A stretch of 48,033 nt of DNA from an uncultured Woeseia sp. (GCA_964629335.1 CAZVRH010000006.1:1-48033); one strand, 5' to 3'; shown: positions 32,698-43,206, counted from the stretch's first letter. Notes: generated by a model from the sequence alone, not told the origin. Numbers and translations: made by a program.

Positions 32698-33609
32698 TTA
32701 AAAGATCTTTAACATTCTTTTTTGAATATCAAGATCAGCAACTTTCCCAATTCCCGCAAAACTGTTGTCGAGCATATTTTTTGATTTAGAGGTTGCTGGA
32801 ATAATATTAGTCACTGCTGGGTTTGCGATTATGTATTTTAGAAAGAATTGTCCCCAACTGTTGATATCGTAATCTTTGCACCAATGAGGCAGAGTTTGAT
32901 TTTTGAATGAACGAAACAATTTTCCCCTCATAAACGGTCTATTGATAATTGTTGCAACACCGTATTCTTGACAGATTGGCAACAGCCTTTCCTCAGCATC
33001 TCGTTCTCCTATGGAGTAATTAAATTGTGCAAAATCAATGGGTTCTTTTTTTATAATATCTTCCATTTCTTTAAAAGCACTGGATTTATAATGTGTTATT
33101 CCTATATAACTGATTTTCCCAGATTCCTTCATTTGCCTGAGAGTTCTGATTTGTGTTTTCCAATCAAGCAGATTGTGGATTTGAATCAACTCTATCTTGG
33201 TAGTGTTCATTTTTTTGAATGATTCAGTGATCTGTTGCTCACCCTCTGTTTTCCCTTTAATCCATACTTTAGTGGCTAAGAACAATTCATTTCTTCTCGG
33301 ATAATCATCAAGGATGTGACCAATGACTTCTTCGGACTGTCCATACATTGGCGATGTGTCGACTAAGCTGCCTCCATTATTGAGTAAGACTTCAATGATT
33401 GCTTTCCTGATCTTTAGCTCTTCTCTATCTTTTGGATCTATATCAAACACTCTCGATGTTCCTAAGCCAATAATAGGTAGAGATTCACCGCTGGAGGGGA
33501 TGGTCCTTCTTAGCATTTGATTTTGAGCCATGACAGACCTGGATTTTAGACTCGATAATAAAACAGAGGTACTCATCAGTTTCAAAAAATTTCTTTTTGT
33601 TTGTTTCAC
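32698..33609 (-). CDS. Aldo/keto reductase with Tat-like leader
   Basis: IGLGT, DTSPMYG, ATKV, IHNL, IPATSK; N-terminal TKRNFLK. Confidence 0.9.
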   Translation of the reverse strand: MKQTKRNFLKLMSTSVLLSSLKSRSVMAQNQMLRRTIPSSGESLPIIGLGTSRVFDIDPKDREELKIRKAIIEVLLNNGGSLVDTSPMYGQSEEVIGHILDDYPRRNELFLATKVWIKGKTEGEQQITESFKKMNTTKIELIQIHNLLDWKTQIRTLRQMKESGKISYIGITHYKSSAFKEMEDIIKKEPIDFAQFNYSIGERDAEERLLPICQEYGVATIINRPFMRGKLFRSFKNQTLPHWCKDYDINSWGQFFLKYIIANPAVTNIIPATSKSKNMLDNSFAGIGKVADLDIQKRMLKIF

Positions 33610-34268
33610 GTGTTCGTGATAACTTCGATCGTTTCAGCGTTTCCGATGATAATTACATCAGCTGGTCTTAAGGCAAAAATCCCATTAGTAACCACACCCG
33701 GTATATTATTAATTTCTTTTTCTAGTGAAGGAGGGTCAATGATTTTAAGATTATGTACATCTAGGATTAAATTGCCATTATCTGTTTTAAAATCATGTCT
33801 TAATTCTGACTGACCTCCCAATTTAGCAATTTCTCTAGAGACCATTGATTTAGCCATGGGAATAACTTCAATAGGCAAGGGAAAGTTACCCAGTACATCC
33901 ACAATCTTTGAGTTATCCACTATGCAAACAAATTGTTTAGAAGCATGAGCAATAATTTTTTCTCTTGTCAGAGCGCCACCACCGCCTTTAATCATGTGAA
34001 AATTTTTTGTGATTTCATCCGCTCCGTCTATATATAAATCTGGACTTCCAGTTGATGAGAGTTCTTCAACCATAAAGCCTTCTTCTAAGAGAAGTTTGGT
34101 GCTGGCTTCGGAGCTCGAAGCAATAGATTTTATCTTATGTTTAATTTGGCACAATTCAGAGATTAAGAAATTTACGGTTGATCCAGTGCCGACACCTAGA
34201 ACACAATCGTCTTCTATGTATTCTAACGATTTTAGTGCTGCAGCTTTTTTTTCGTCTTCTGAGATCAT
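33606..34268 (-). CDS. rpiA: Ribose-5-phosphate isomerase A
   Basis: [24 protein letters not shown]. Confidence 0.98.
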   Translation of the reverse strand: MISEDEKKAAALKSLEYIEDDCVLGVGTGSTVNFLISELCQIKHKIKSIASSSEASTKLLLEEGFMVEELSSTGSPDLYIDGADEITKNFHMIKGGGGALTREKIIAHASKQFVCIVDNSKIVDVLGNFPLPIEVIPMAKSMVSREIAKLGGQSELRHDFKTDNGNLILDVHNLKIIDPPSLEKEINNIPGVVTNGIFALRPADVIIIGNAETIEVITNT

Positions 34269-34293
34269 AATGTATTGATTCTTATTAACTTAT

Positions 34294-34860
34294 TTATGAA
34301 AAATATGTTTCTTTTTCCGTGATGATAACATCCATCGGTATATCCCAATCATTTTTTTCTATTTGTTCAACTTTTTGTAATTCATAAGCAAGGCCAACCA
34401 GTTTGGGTTTTTTAGTGTCTTGTATGTGCTTTATGAATGACAATGTTTTGTCATAATAGCCACCACCCATTCCCACACGATTGCATTTTGTATCAAAGGC
34501 AACTAAAGGTATAAACATGAGATCAAACTCTTCCGCCGTTATTAACGCTTCCTCATTTACTGGTTCAGGAATATTAAAGGCGTTCAAAGATAGCGTTTGA
34601 TCTATATCGTATGCTGAAAAGAATAGCTCTTTACTCTTAATTTTAGGTAGAAACAGTTTTTTGTCTTGTTCCCACAAGTAGCGATTAAGATCAGCGGTAT
34701 TGACCTCCTGGTTAACAGAGAAATAGGTGGCTATGGTCGAATAGTCTTTAAGAGAAATCGATCTTTGAATATTATTTAAAATAGCCTGTGCTAGAAACTT
34801 TAGGCTTTCACTTGAAAGCTGGCTTCTTTTTTCTTTGATTTTAGTTCTAAGACTGTTCAT
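34294..34860 (-). CDS. fau: 5-formyltetrahydrofolate cyclo-ligase
   Basis: IPEP, PLVAFD...NRVGMGGGYYD, WDIP.D; start moved to ATG 34860, downstream of 6S RNA. Confidence 0.95.
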   Translation of the reverse strand: MNSLRTKIKEKRSQLSSESLKFLAQAILNNIQRSISLKDYSTIATYFSVNQEVNTADLNRYLWEQDKKLFLPKIKSKELFFSAYDIDQTLSLNAFNIPEPVNEEALITAEEFDLMFIPLVAFDTKCNRVGMGGGYYDKTLSFIKHIQDTKKPKLVGLAYELQKVEQIEKNDWDIPMDVIITEKETYFS

Positions 34861-34870
34861 TTTGCCAGAT

Positions 34871-35055
34871 GAAGATACCCACAATGACGTTTCTCATTTG
34901 TTGCTCTCAGGCCGGAGCAATAAGGTGGGTTCAGACGTAATGGCGCAGGCTTCCCGATTTGGTAATGCTCAAAACCAATACAGACATTGATCCCGAAATT
35001 AATAATTAAGGGCCGAGAGTCCTTTAATGATCTTCGTTCATCGCAGGCGATCTTC
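34871..35055 (-). ncRNA. ssrS: 6S RNA
   Basis: 185 nt between zapA and fau (canonical locus); ends pair (GAAGAU/AUCUUC, CCUGCGAUGA/UCAUUGUGGG); GAGCAU, GGAAGCC and CCACCUU motifs as in gammaproteobacterial 6S. Confidence 0.9.
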
Positions 35056-35059
35056 TCAA

Positions 35060-35398
35060 CTATTGTAGCTTTAAATCTTTATCTGCGTTAAGTGAATTTT
35101 CAACTTGGCTACGAATTTGTTCTAGTTTTTTTTGAACTTCAGAGAGGTCAAGTTCTGAGTCATATTCAGTTCTAATCTTTGTCGCCATTTCCGAACTGCC
35201 AGTTATTGCATCATTGGCAATGTTTAAAGCCGCCATGACTGCTATTCTGTTCAAACCAAATGCTGTTCCTTGTTGATCGATCTTTTTCATTGTTTCATGA
35301 ACCAATGAAGCTGCTTTTATTAGATTCGCTTTCTGTTCTGGAGAACACTGGATTGTGAAGGGTTCACCCATTATTTCAATGGTGACAGGTTCACTCAT
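35060..35398 (-). CDS. zapA: Cell division protein ZapA
   Basis: V.I.I.G..F.I.C, L..AA..V...M, RIAVMAALNIA. Confidence 0.93.
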   Translation of the reverse strand: MSEPVTIEIMGEPFTIQCSPEQKANLIKAASLVHETMKKIDQQGTAFGLNRIAVMAALNIANDAITGSSEMATKIRTEYDSELDLSEVQKKLEQIRSQVENSLNADKDLKLQ

Positions 35399-35634
35399 GC
35401 GCTGGTCTCAATTTGGTTTAGACGTTCCAGTATATCTTCAACCTTGTTTTTAGCTCGCTCTTTTTGTGTTTCAAGCTTCTGTAATTCTGCTTCAAAAATT
35501 TGATTCTCTTCTTTAAGTGATTGATATTCAACATAAAGCTGATCTTTTTCCTTAATTAAGCTTTTGATTCTGGATTCCAGAGATTCTACGGATTCTAAGA
35601 CTTGTTTTTCAGATACTTTAGGCACAATACACAC
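35395..35634 (-). CDS. Coiled-coil ZapB-like/TIGR02449 protein
   Basis: Heptad coiled coil ending A..KVE.IL.RL; directly upstream of zapA; start uncertain. Confidence 0.75.
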   Translation of the reverse strand: MCIVPKVSEKQVLESVESLESRIKSLIKEKDQLYVEYQSLKEENQIFEAELQKLETQKERAKNKVEDILERLNQIETSA

Positions 35635-35697
35635 TATAATTTGTCATGAGCAATCGGTCAAATCGGTATAATATTTTACAAACTAGGTATTATTCAA

Positions 35698-36246
35698 TTG
35701 AGCTATACAAACTTAGATAAATTAAGAAAAGCCGCATCATTGACCATCAGTGTTGCAGAATATCATGGTCTTGTTAGTTCTCGAGTGTGTTTTGGAATCA
35801 ATAATTTTGAAGATTTAACTTTACAAGACAGTTCCGATGATAATTCTGTGGTCTCAATACAAATTCAAGAGTTTAATAAAGCTTTTTCTAAATTGACTGA
35901 TCAAGTTATAGATCAACTTAATGAGAATGAACTCAATTTTGAGCTCCTGTTACCCAGTGACTCAGAGCCCATTGAGTATCGTGCGCTTGGACTTGCTTCT
36001 TGGTGCCAGGGTTTTATTGATGGATACGGAATGTCTATTGCTGAATTGGACATTGATATGGATAGGCTTGGCAAAGGCGAGGCTGCTGAAATTATTGAAG
36101 ATTTTGCTCAAATCTCTACACTGGATTCTAATTCAATCGTACATGGTGAAGATGAAGAAATTGCTTTTATGGAGATAGTTGAATATGTTCGAGTAAGCGT
36201 GCAATTATTATATGAAAGCTTTAGAGAGTATAAGTATGAGTCTTGA
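35698..36246 (+). CDS. ygfB: UPF0149 family protein YgfB
   Basis: AE.HG, F.LLLP.D, L..WCQGF..G.G, E..EYVRV; upstream of pepP. Confidence 0.9.
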   Translation: MSYTNLDKLRKAASLTISVAEYHGLVSSRVCFGINNFEDLTLQDSSDDNSVVSIQIQEFNKAFSKLTDQVIDQLNENELNFELLLPSDSEPIEYRALGLASWCQGFIDGYGMSIAELDIDMDRLGKGEAAEIIEDFAQISTLDSNSIVHGEDEEIAFMEIVEYVRVSVQLLYESFREYKYES

Positions 36247-37543
36247 ATACAAAAAGAGGCGAAGAAAATTAAGTAAATTGATTGGTAAAGATAGTATAGC
36301 TATCTTACCTACATCTTCTATTAAGATGAGAAGTCGAGACACCGACTACCCGTTTAGAGCCAATAGTGATTTTTATTACTTTACAGGTTTTTCTGAGCCT
36401 GAAGCCTTGATGATTTTAGCCCCAGGAAGACCAGAGGGTGAATTCACTCTTTTTGTGAGACCCAAGGATCCCTTAAAAGAAATCTGGGACGGACATATGG
36501 AGGGAGTTTCTGGTGCAAAAAGAAATTACCAAGCTGATCAAGCCTTTAAAATACAAGATATCGACAGACAGCTATCTGAAATGTTTCAAAATCGTCAGAA
36601 AGTGTTCTATACCTTAGGTAACGATGAGAGTTTTGATAAGAGTATTGTTAATGCCTTTAATCAGGTAAGAGCTAACCAAAGAAGGGGAGGAGTGGTTCCT
36701 ACAGAAATTGTTTCTTTAGAGCCTTTAATACATGAAATGCGGCTAATTAAATCTAGAGAAGAGATTCGATTAATGAAGAAATCTGCAAAAATTAGCGTGG
36801 AAGCTCACCATCGTGTGATGGATGAATGCAGAGACGGTGTTTTTGAATATCAAATCGATGCTTCAATCAATCATCAATTTGGGAAATATGGAGCTGTTCC
36901 TGCTTATCACAGCATAGTGGCTTCTGGAGCCAATGCTTGTACTTTGCACTACATTGAAAACAAAGATAAATTAAAAGCAGGCGACCTTCTGCTTACAGAC
37001 GCAGGATGTGAGCACCTTATGTATGCTGCAGATATCACTCGTACAATTCCCGTGTCCGGTTCTTTCACCGAGGAACAAAAAGCTGTTTATACAATTGTCT
37101 TAGAGACCCAGAAAAAAGCTATTAGCTCTGTAAAACCAGGGCAAACATTTGAGAAATTACAAGCAGATGCTATTGAAAGTATTACTCTAGGCTTAAAAAA
37201 GTTAGGACTTCTCTCTGGCTCACTTAAATCATTGATAGAGCAGGAAGCTTTTAAGGATTTCTATATGCACGGAATCGGTCACTGGCTGGGCATGGATGTT
37301 CACGATGTTGGCTCTTATATGAATAAAAAGGGTAAAGCTAAGAAGTTTGAACCCGGCATGGTTTTAACTATAGAACCAGGCATTTACATTTCAAAGAAAA
37401 ATAAGAACGTAGAAAAAAATTGGCGCGGAATAGGCGTAAGAATTGAAGACGATGTCTTGGTTACGACCAAAGGTTGCGAGGTTTTATCGGGAAAGCTTCC
37501 AAAAGAAATTAAAGACATTGAAACCAGAATGTCTTTGAATTAA
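36236..37543 (+). CDS. pepP: Xaa-Pro aminopeptidase
   Basis: FR.NSDFYY.TGF.EP, LHY, DAG.E...YAADITRT, HWLG.DVHD, EPG, RIEDD; start at MSLEY. Confidence 0.96.
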   Translation: MSLEYKKRRRKLSKLIGKDSIAILPTSSIKMRSRDTDYPFRANSDFYYFTGFSEPEALMILAPGRPEGEFTLFVRPKDPLKEIWDGHMEGVSGAKRNYQADQAFKIQDIDRQLSEMFQNRQKVFYTLGNDESFDKSIVNAFNQVRANQRRGGVVPTEIVSLEPLIHEMRLIKSREEIRLMKKSAKISVEAHHRVMDECRDGVFEYQIDASINHQFGKYGAVPAYHSIVASGANACTLHYIENKDKLKAGDLLLTDAGCEHLMYAADITRTIPVSGSFTEEQKAVYTIVLETQKKAISSVKPGQTFEKLQADAIESITLGLKKLGLLSGSLKSLIEQEAFKDFYMHGIGHWLGMDVHDVGSYMNKKGKAKKFEPGMVLTIEPGIYISKKNKNVEKNWRGIGVRIEDDVLVTTKGCEVLSGKLPKEIKDIETRMSLN

Positions 37544-37558
37544 TAAAGGTAAAATTTT

Positions 37559-38467
37559 ATGTCAGTTATTGTTTGTGGTTCCGTCGCATACGACTTTCTA
37601 ATGGAGTTTGATGGTGAATTTGGGGATTTTATTCTCCCTGATCAAATTCATATTCTCAGTGTTGCATTTAATGTTCCAAGGCTTAGAAAAGAATTCGGTG
37701 GTTGTGCTGGAAACATAGGGTTTAATATGAAGATGCTGGGCATGGACCCAATCATTTGTGCCACTGTGGGTAAAGATTTTGGTGATTATCAAGCCTGGCT
37801 TGAATCAAATCAGATATCGACGTCAGGTATAAAAGTTATCGATCATATGTACACAGCTCAATGTTTTATTACGACCGATCAAAAAAATAATCAATTGACC
37901 TCATTTCATCCTGGAGCAATGGAAGAAGGGCACAATAATTCTATCCCGAATATAGAGGGGATAGAGATGGTTATACTCTCACCTGATGGAAAAGAGAGCA
38001 CTCTTTTGCATGCAAATGAGATGCATAAAAAAGGAATTCCCATTATGTACGATCCTGGTCAGGGGCTTCCTATGTTTGACAAGTCAGAAATCCTCAATTT
38101 TATTGATCAGGCTGAATGGATTATTCTCAATGAATATGAGGCAAACCTTCTTTCTGAAATTACGGAGCTGGATCGAGACGAGATCAAAAGAAGAGTGTCC
38201 GCGATGATTGTCACCAAAGGAGGCAAAGGTTCGGATATCTTCATTCACGATCAAGTCATCTCTATTGCCCCCATCCCTGTTGAAAATGAAGCCGACCCAA
38301 CCGGTTGTGGGGATGCATATCGGGCAGGGCTGATCTATGGAATGATCAATGATCTTGGTTGGGAGAAGTCCGGTAAACTTGCATCGGTCTTGGGCTCTAT
38401 CAAAGTTCAGTCACACGGGACTCAGAATCATACATTCGAACTGGAAGCTCTTCTCTCGAGATTATAG
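37559..38467 (+). CDS. PfkB-family kinase, adenosine kinase-like
   Basis: GS.AYD, GGCAGN, DPGQ, NEYE, DPTGCGDAYRAG. Confidence 0.88.
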   Translation: MSVIVCGSVAYDFLMEFDGEFGDFILPDQIHILSVAFNVPRLRKEFGGCAGNIGFNMKMLGMDPIICATVGKDFGDYQAWLESNQISTSGIKVIDHMYTAQCFITTDQKNNQLTSFHPGAMEEGHNNSIPNIEGIEMVILSPDGKESTLLHANEMHKKGIPIMYDPGQGLPMFDKSEILNFIDQAEWIILNEYEANLLSEITELDRDEIKRRVSAMIVTKGGKGSDIFIHDQVISIAPIPVENEADPTGCGDAYRAGLIYGMINDLGWEKSGKLASVLGSIKVQSHGTQNHTFELEALLSRL

Positions 38468-41400
38468 AGTCGTTTTCTTAGTTTTCTTTTTTCTGCCCAT
38501 GAGTAAACAATGGGCACAATCACCAATGTAAGAAAAGTTGAGCTGATCATACCACCGACAACGGCAATGGCCAGTGGTTGACTTAATTCGACTCCAGAAC
38601 CAATACCAAGCGCAGGCGTCATCATGGCCAATATCAATGTTAGAGAAGTCATCAAGATGGGTCTCAATCTTCTCGGGCAGGCACTCAACAAGGCTTCATC
38701 AATTTCAAGTCCTTTTTGTCTTTCCTGGTTTGTTCGGTCAATCAATAAGATAGAGTTTTTCGCCACTAGACCTGTCAGCAAGACCAGCCCTGTCATTGAA
38801 AATATATTTAGGTCTGATCCCACTAACCAGATCCCCAGTGTCCCTCCAATCACTGCCAATGGCTGAGAGATCATAACGATCAATGGTTGTCTGAATGAGT
38901 TGAATTGACTTGCAAGGACCATATAGACAAGTATTAAGCCTGTGAGAAAGGCGAAGAGCATTTGATTGCTGGTTCTCTTAAACTCTTTGGCTCTTGCAAA
39001 AAAGCCAACTTCATAACCCAGAGGTAGAGTTTCTGCTGCAGCATTTTCAATGAGTGCTATTGCATTACTGAGAGAGGTTGTGGGGTCACTATAAAAGTAT
39101 GCACTATACATCCTATCGAGCCTTGTAATTTCCGATGGCCCTATTGTTTGTCTGAATTGTGCAACCGTATCCAGTCGAACCAATTCTTTAGAAGGGGTTC
39201 TGAGATAGATTTTATCTAAATCATCAACAGACATATCATATTCACCTTTTAACCTAATTTTATATCGTTCACCATCCCCGATTGCATCGTTATAGCGAGC
39301 AACATCGATACCACCTGCAAAGATATTTGCTGCCTCTGCGATTAGTCTTGTTGATAAGCCCATTTCTGAGGCAAGTTCCCTGTTAATCTCCAGGTCTACT
39401 TGAGGCAGGTTTAACTCAATGCTTGAATCGATATCACCCAGCTCTGGTGTTTCTGCAAGCTTGCGAAGAAAGGCATTAATGGATTCATTTAAGATATTAA
39501 GATCTGGTCCTGAAACTGTGAATTGCATGGCTTCACCTCTAGTCCCAGTGGCAAATGACATGGGGGCAGGGAATGCTTTAATGCCAGGAATTTTATTCAG
39601 TCTTTCTCTAAGAATGGGGATGAGTTCATATTGTTTATTTTCCCTTATATTGCTGGGTTGAAGTCTTATGTAGATAACTCCAATGTTCACTGCTTGGCTT
39701 TCAATTCCAGAACCCATAATGGTGAAATAAGATTCTATGTCTTCATATTCCTCTAAAAGGCTCTCAACCATTGATAGACGATCAATTGTATATTCAATAC
39801 CTGTTCCAACAGGGGTTTTTACTGTAATGGTAAATTGACCCTCATCTTCTTCAGGAAAAAAACCACCACTCAACTGTGTAAAACCTACAAACGATAAAGC
39901 GACAACTAGACCGCCGTACGATAATACTTTTTTCTTATGATTCAGTGACCATTCAATCAGTCCACGATAACGATTTTCAATTTCAGCAAATCTTCGATTA
40001 AAGCCGTCAAAAATTCGATTAGACTCTCTCTTCGTTTTGAGAAATTTTGATGCGAGAGTGGGGGTTAAGGTTAATGCAACGAATGTTGACACCAATACTC
40101 CAGTGGACACTACAATCCCAAATGATCTGAAAAATCTTGCAGCAATGCCTTCCATGAAAAATACTACTGTAAACAGTGAGACAAGAACGAGTGTCGATGA
40201 AACAATCGGTAAAAAGACTTCATTAGCACCAGTAATACTGGCTCTAGTGCGATCTTCTGGCGTATCTTCATTCAGATTTCTCTGGGCATTTTCAAGAACA
40301 ACGATGGCATCATCCACCACAATCCCAATCAGTAAGAGGAGTGCGAGCATGGTCATGGTATTCAGTGTAAGACCAAATGCATACATGATAAAAATTGCAC
40401 CAAAAAGGGAGACAGGAATTGTGATGCTCACAATTGCCATGCTTGAATAACTTCTCAAGAAAAGGAGAACGATTAGTGATGCAACAATAAAGCCAATAAA
40501 TATATTCTGTCCAAGCCCGCTAATTAATTCATAGATATAGCTGCTGTCATCGGTTCCAATATCGAGCGTAATGCCTTCTGGTAATGTTGGCCTAATATCT
40601 GATTCGATTTTGGCTTTAACCTTCTCGATGATCTCAACTGTATTCTCTCCCCTTATCTTGGTTACACCAATACCTATTGAAGGGTCACCATTGAATCGAC
40701 CTAAGCTTCTTAGATCTCTGACGTCATCTTTGACTTCAGCAATATCTTTTAATTTGATTGCACGATTACGATCATAGGTGATTATGATGTCTTCAATCTC
40801 TTCAACATTATGTGATTCAAGATCAAGCTTCAGTAGATCCTCTTTACTGTTATCAATTAAGAATCCCCCAGGGAGTTTTATATGCTCGTTTCTGAAAGCC
40901 ATGACAATATCTTGAACAGTGATTCCAAAAGCACTCATTCGATCAAAATCTAAATTGACCCTTATGTTTCGTTCTTGTTCACCACCAATGACTACACTCC
41001 CAACACCATTAATAGTTTCTATTTTTCTTTTTAGAACATTTTTTGCATAAACGCTTAGGTCTTGCAGTGTTCGATTTCCTCTCAGAGCCAGCCAGATAAT
41101 AGGTATCTCACCTGTTTCAATTTTGCTGATGATTGGGGTTTCAGCATCATCAGGTAATTGAGAATTGATTTGACCAACCTTGGATTGAACCTCGTTGAAG
41201 GCAATATCTAGGTCTTTCTCCAAAAGAAACTGGATGAAAACATTGGATACCCCAGGTGCGGATCTCGATCTAACGTCATCGACCCCAGAAATACTGTTAA
41301 CCGCACCCTCAATGAAGTTGGTGACGCTGGAATCCACTACATCAGGATTGGCCCCTGGCAAAATCGTTGTGACTGAAATCAAGGAAAAGTCGACATCGGG

Positions 41401-41511
41401 TGAACGATCGATTGAGATTCGATTAACCGATATTAACCCAAAGAGAACAATGACCAAGTTGATCATTACTGCGAAAACAAAACGTCTAACAGATACCTCA
41501 GGTAAGCTCAT
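38428..41511 (-). CDS. RND efflux permease (AcrB/HAE1 family)
   Basis: 1027 aa; GIVVDDAIVV.EN, KNSILL, RLRPILMT proton-relay motifs. Confidence 0.96.
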   Translation of the reverse strand: MSLPEVSVRRFVFAVMINLVIVLFGLISVNRISIDRSPDVDFSLISVTTILPGANPDVVDSSVTNFIEGAVNSISGVDDVRSRSAPGVSNVFIQFLLEKDLDIAFNEVQSKVGQINSQLPDDAETPIISKIETGEIPIIWLALRGNRTLQDLSVYAKNVLKRKIETINGVGSVVIGGEQERNIRVNLDFDRMSAFGITVQDIVMAFRNEHIKLPGGFLIDNSKEDLLKLDLESHNVEEIEDIIITYDRNRAIKLKDIAEVKDDVRDLRSLGRFNGDPSIGIGVTKIRGENTVEIIEKVKAKIESDIRPTLPEGITLDIGTDDSSYIYELISGLGQNIFIGFIVASLIVLLFLRSYSSMAIVSITIPVSLFGAIFIMYAFGLTLNTMTMLALLLLIGIVVDDAIVVLENAQRNLNEDTPEDRTRASITGANEVFLPIVSSTLVLVSLFTVVFFMEGIAARFFRSFGIVVSTGVLVSTFVALTLTPTLASKFLKTKRESNRIFDGFNRRFAEIENRYRGLIEWSLNHKKKVLSYGGLVVALSFVGFTQLSGGFFPEEDEGQFTITVKTPVGTGIEYTIDRLSMVESLLEEYEDIESYFTIMGSGIESQAVNIGVIYIRLQPSNIRENKQYELIPILRERLNKIPGIKAFPAPMSFATGTRGEAMQFTVSGPDLNILNESINAFLRKLAETPELGDIDSSIELNLPQVDLEINRELASEMGLSTRLIAEAANIFAGGIDVARYNDAIGDGERYKIRLKGEYDMSVDDLDKIYLRTPSKELVRLDTVAQFRQTIGPSEITRLDRMYSAYFYSDPTTSLSNAIALIENAAAETLPLGYEVGFFARAKEFKRTSNQMLFAFLTGLILVYMVLASQFNSFRQPLIVMISQPLAVIGGTLGIWLVGSDLNIFSMTGLVLLTGLVAKNSILLIDRTNQERQKGLEIDEALLSACPRRLRPILMTSLTLILAMMTPALGIGSGVELSQPLAIAVVGGMISSTFLTLVIVPIVYSWAEKRKLRKRLYNLERRASSSNV

Positions 41512-41512
41512 C

Positions 41513-42559
41513 TTAGTTTATGATTTCAATCTCTGAATTATTGGTTAGAAAGCCAGCACCATCTTTGACAATTTCATCATCCAATGAGATGCCATTCAAT
41601 ATTTGAATATACCCTGCTTTTCTCAGCCCAGTTTCTACTGGAATTTCTTTGACAATGTTGTCTTTGACAACATAAACAACTTCCCCAACAGATCTTCTTA
41701 CTACACTGATTTGAGGTACCACAACTGCACTTTCAAACTTAGAGAACACCACAGTGGCTCGTGAACTTGCTCCTGGCAACCAAGTGCCCGGATTTTCAAA
41801 ATCGATGATGGTTGTTAATGACTTATTTCGAGCATCAATATTTGGTTTAATATCTTTGATCTTTGATATCACAATTTCATTTGGATTTGCTGGCGAAGTG
41901 ATGCGTACTTCTAGGTCTTTTTTTAACTTGGGACTTAAATATTCAGGAAAAGATAAATCAACTTTCAAATTTTTTGTGTCCACCAGTTCATATACAACCA
42001 TTCCTGGTTGGACATAATCACCTGCATCGATATTTTTGATCGCTACCTCCGATTGAATAGGCGCCTTGACATTGGTTTCTTCAATCAGTCTTTTTGCATT
42101 TCTCAGCTGAGCATCTGCAGCATTCATTTGTTCTTTCAATGCATTGAATTGCGCTCTGGTCCGGTCCATCATTTCCTCAGAAACCAGGTTGTCTTTAAAA
42201 AGTTTTTCGGCACGCTTCAGATCCAATTCTTGATTAATTAGTAAGGCACTAAGTCTGGCAATTTCAGCTTTGGCTTGCGAGTACTGGAGATTATATTTCT
42301 CAGAATCAATTCTGGCCAATACATCACCAGCACTAACTTCATCACCAACATCGGCAATGATTTCAATCACTCGCCCAGAAACTTCCACCGCTACACTTGG
42401 TGAAGACTGACTATAAATGAGACCCATCAGGTTTTCTTCCTCATTCATTTCCATAGTGCTTGGATAGGTCGTGCTGACAACGATTTGTGAATTTACATTC
42501 CATGCCACAAAAAACAAAGGCAAAGCGATCAAAATGATGTTTTTTTGAGAATTAATCAT
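41513..42559 (-). CDS. RND periplasmic adaptor (membrane fusion protein)
   Basis: EVSGRV...VGD.V..GD.L lipoyl half-motif, helical hairpin, V.API, VP...V. Confidence 0.93.
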   Translation of the reverse strand: MINSQKNIILIALPLFFVAWNVNSQIVVSTTYPSTMEMNEEENLMGLIYSQSSPSVAVEVSGRVIEIIADVGDEVSAGDVLARIDSEKYNLQYSQAKAEIARLSALLINQELDLKRAEKLFKDNLVSEEMMDRTRAQFNALKEQMNAADAQLRNAKRLIEETNVKAPIQSEVAIKNIDAGDYVQPGMVVYELVDTKNLKVDLSFPEYLSPKLKKDLEVRITSPANPNEIVISKIKDIKPNIDARNKSLTTIIDFENPGTWLPGASSRATVVFSKFESAVVVPQISVVRRSVGEVVYVVKDNIVKEIPVETGLRKAGYIQILNGISLDDEIVKDGAGFLTNNSEIEIIN

Positions 42560-43148
42560 TTCTCGCCACTCCTTTGAGTAAATTAGTCGTTAATATTTTA
42601 GAAAAGTTTTTATTTGAAGAAGGTCCGAGCCCTTCAAAAACAGTCTCAATAATTTTTTGGTGGGTAATGTAAGTCAAATTTGGTGCAAGTAATTGATAAG
42701 CGAGCAGATGACTGTCGCACGTCTCAATAATTTCATTATTTCTTTTGGCTTGGTTAATCAAGTCAACAATCTGTGATAAATTTTGTTCCATTAAACCAAT
42801 ACTCGGCATTGAGCGAGACGAGAGACCATGATCAGAAAACTCTCTTGCTAATAACTTATATTTCATTGGGTCTTTAAGCATTTGATTTAAATGCTCATTG
42901 ACGAAAAATTCTATCTTTTCGATAGACGTCCCAGCTATTTTTTTAGTTTTTTCTAAGATGTTCTGAGTGTTTTTTTGAGCTCTTACAAGAATTTGTGTAT
43001 AGAGATCTTCCTTTGATGAAAAATGATGGTATAGATTTGCCTTACTCATGTTGCAGGCATTGGCAATATTAGTCATTGATACTGATCCAAAATCGAGATC
43101 TGCGAACAATTTCTCTGCTTTATTTAATATGATTTCTGTACTTTCCAT
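42552..43148 (-). CDS. TetR/AcrR-family regulator
   Basis: HTH IA....MSKANLYHHFSSKEDL; ATG 43148 follows AAGGTGA (GTG 43157 is the alternative). Confidence 0.95.
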   Translation of the reverse strand: MESTEIILNKAEKLFADLDFGSVSMTNIANACNMSKANLYHHFSSKEDLYTQILVRAQKNTQNILEKTKKIAGTSIEKIEFFVNEHLNQMLKDPMKYKLLAREFSDHGLSSRSMPSIGLMEQNLSQIVDLINQAKRNNEIIETCDSHLLAYQLLAPNLTYITHQKIIETVFEGLGPSSNKNFSKILTTNLLKGVARND

Positions 43149-43157
43149 AAAACTCAC

Positions 43158-43177
43158 CTTACCGATCGGTCGGTCAG
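43158..43177. promoter_or_regulatory. Putative TetR operator
   Basis: CTTACCGATCGGTCGGTCAG, 16/20 positions dyad-symmetric, GC-rich in AT-rich DNA, directly downstream of the -10. Confidence 0.75.
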
Positions 43178-43204
43178 TATATAGATTAAAAAAAAGTTTT
43201 ACAA
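43176..43204 (-). promoter_or_regulatory. Sigma70 promoter of tetR-MFP-RND operon
   Basis: Minus strand TTGTAA, 17 bp, TATACT. Confidence 0.75.
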
Positions 43205-43206
43205 GT

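Noticed and set aside
34861-34884. N-terminal MWVSSSGK extension of fau in the ORF track
   Set aside because: Its start lies inside the 6S RNA 3' stem; ATG 34860 is the better start.
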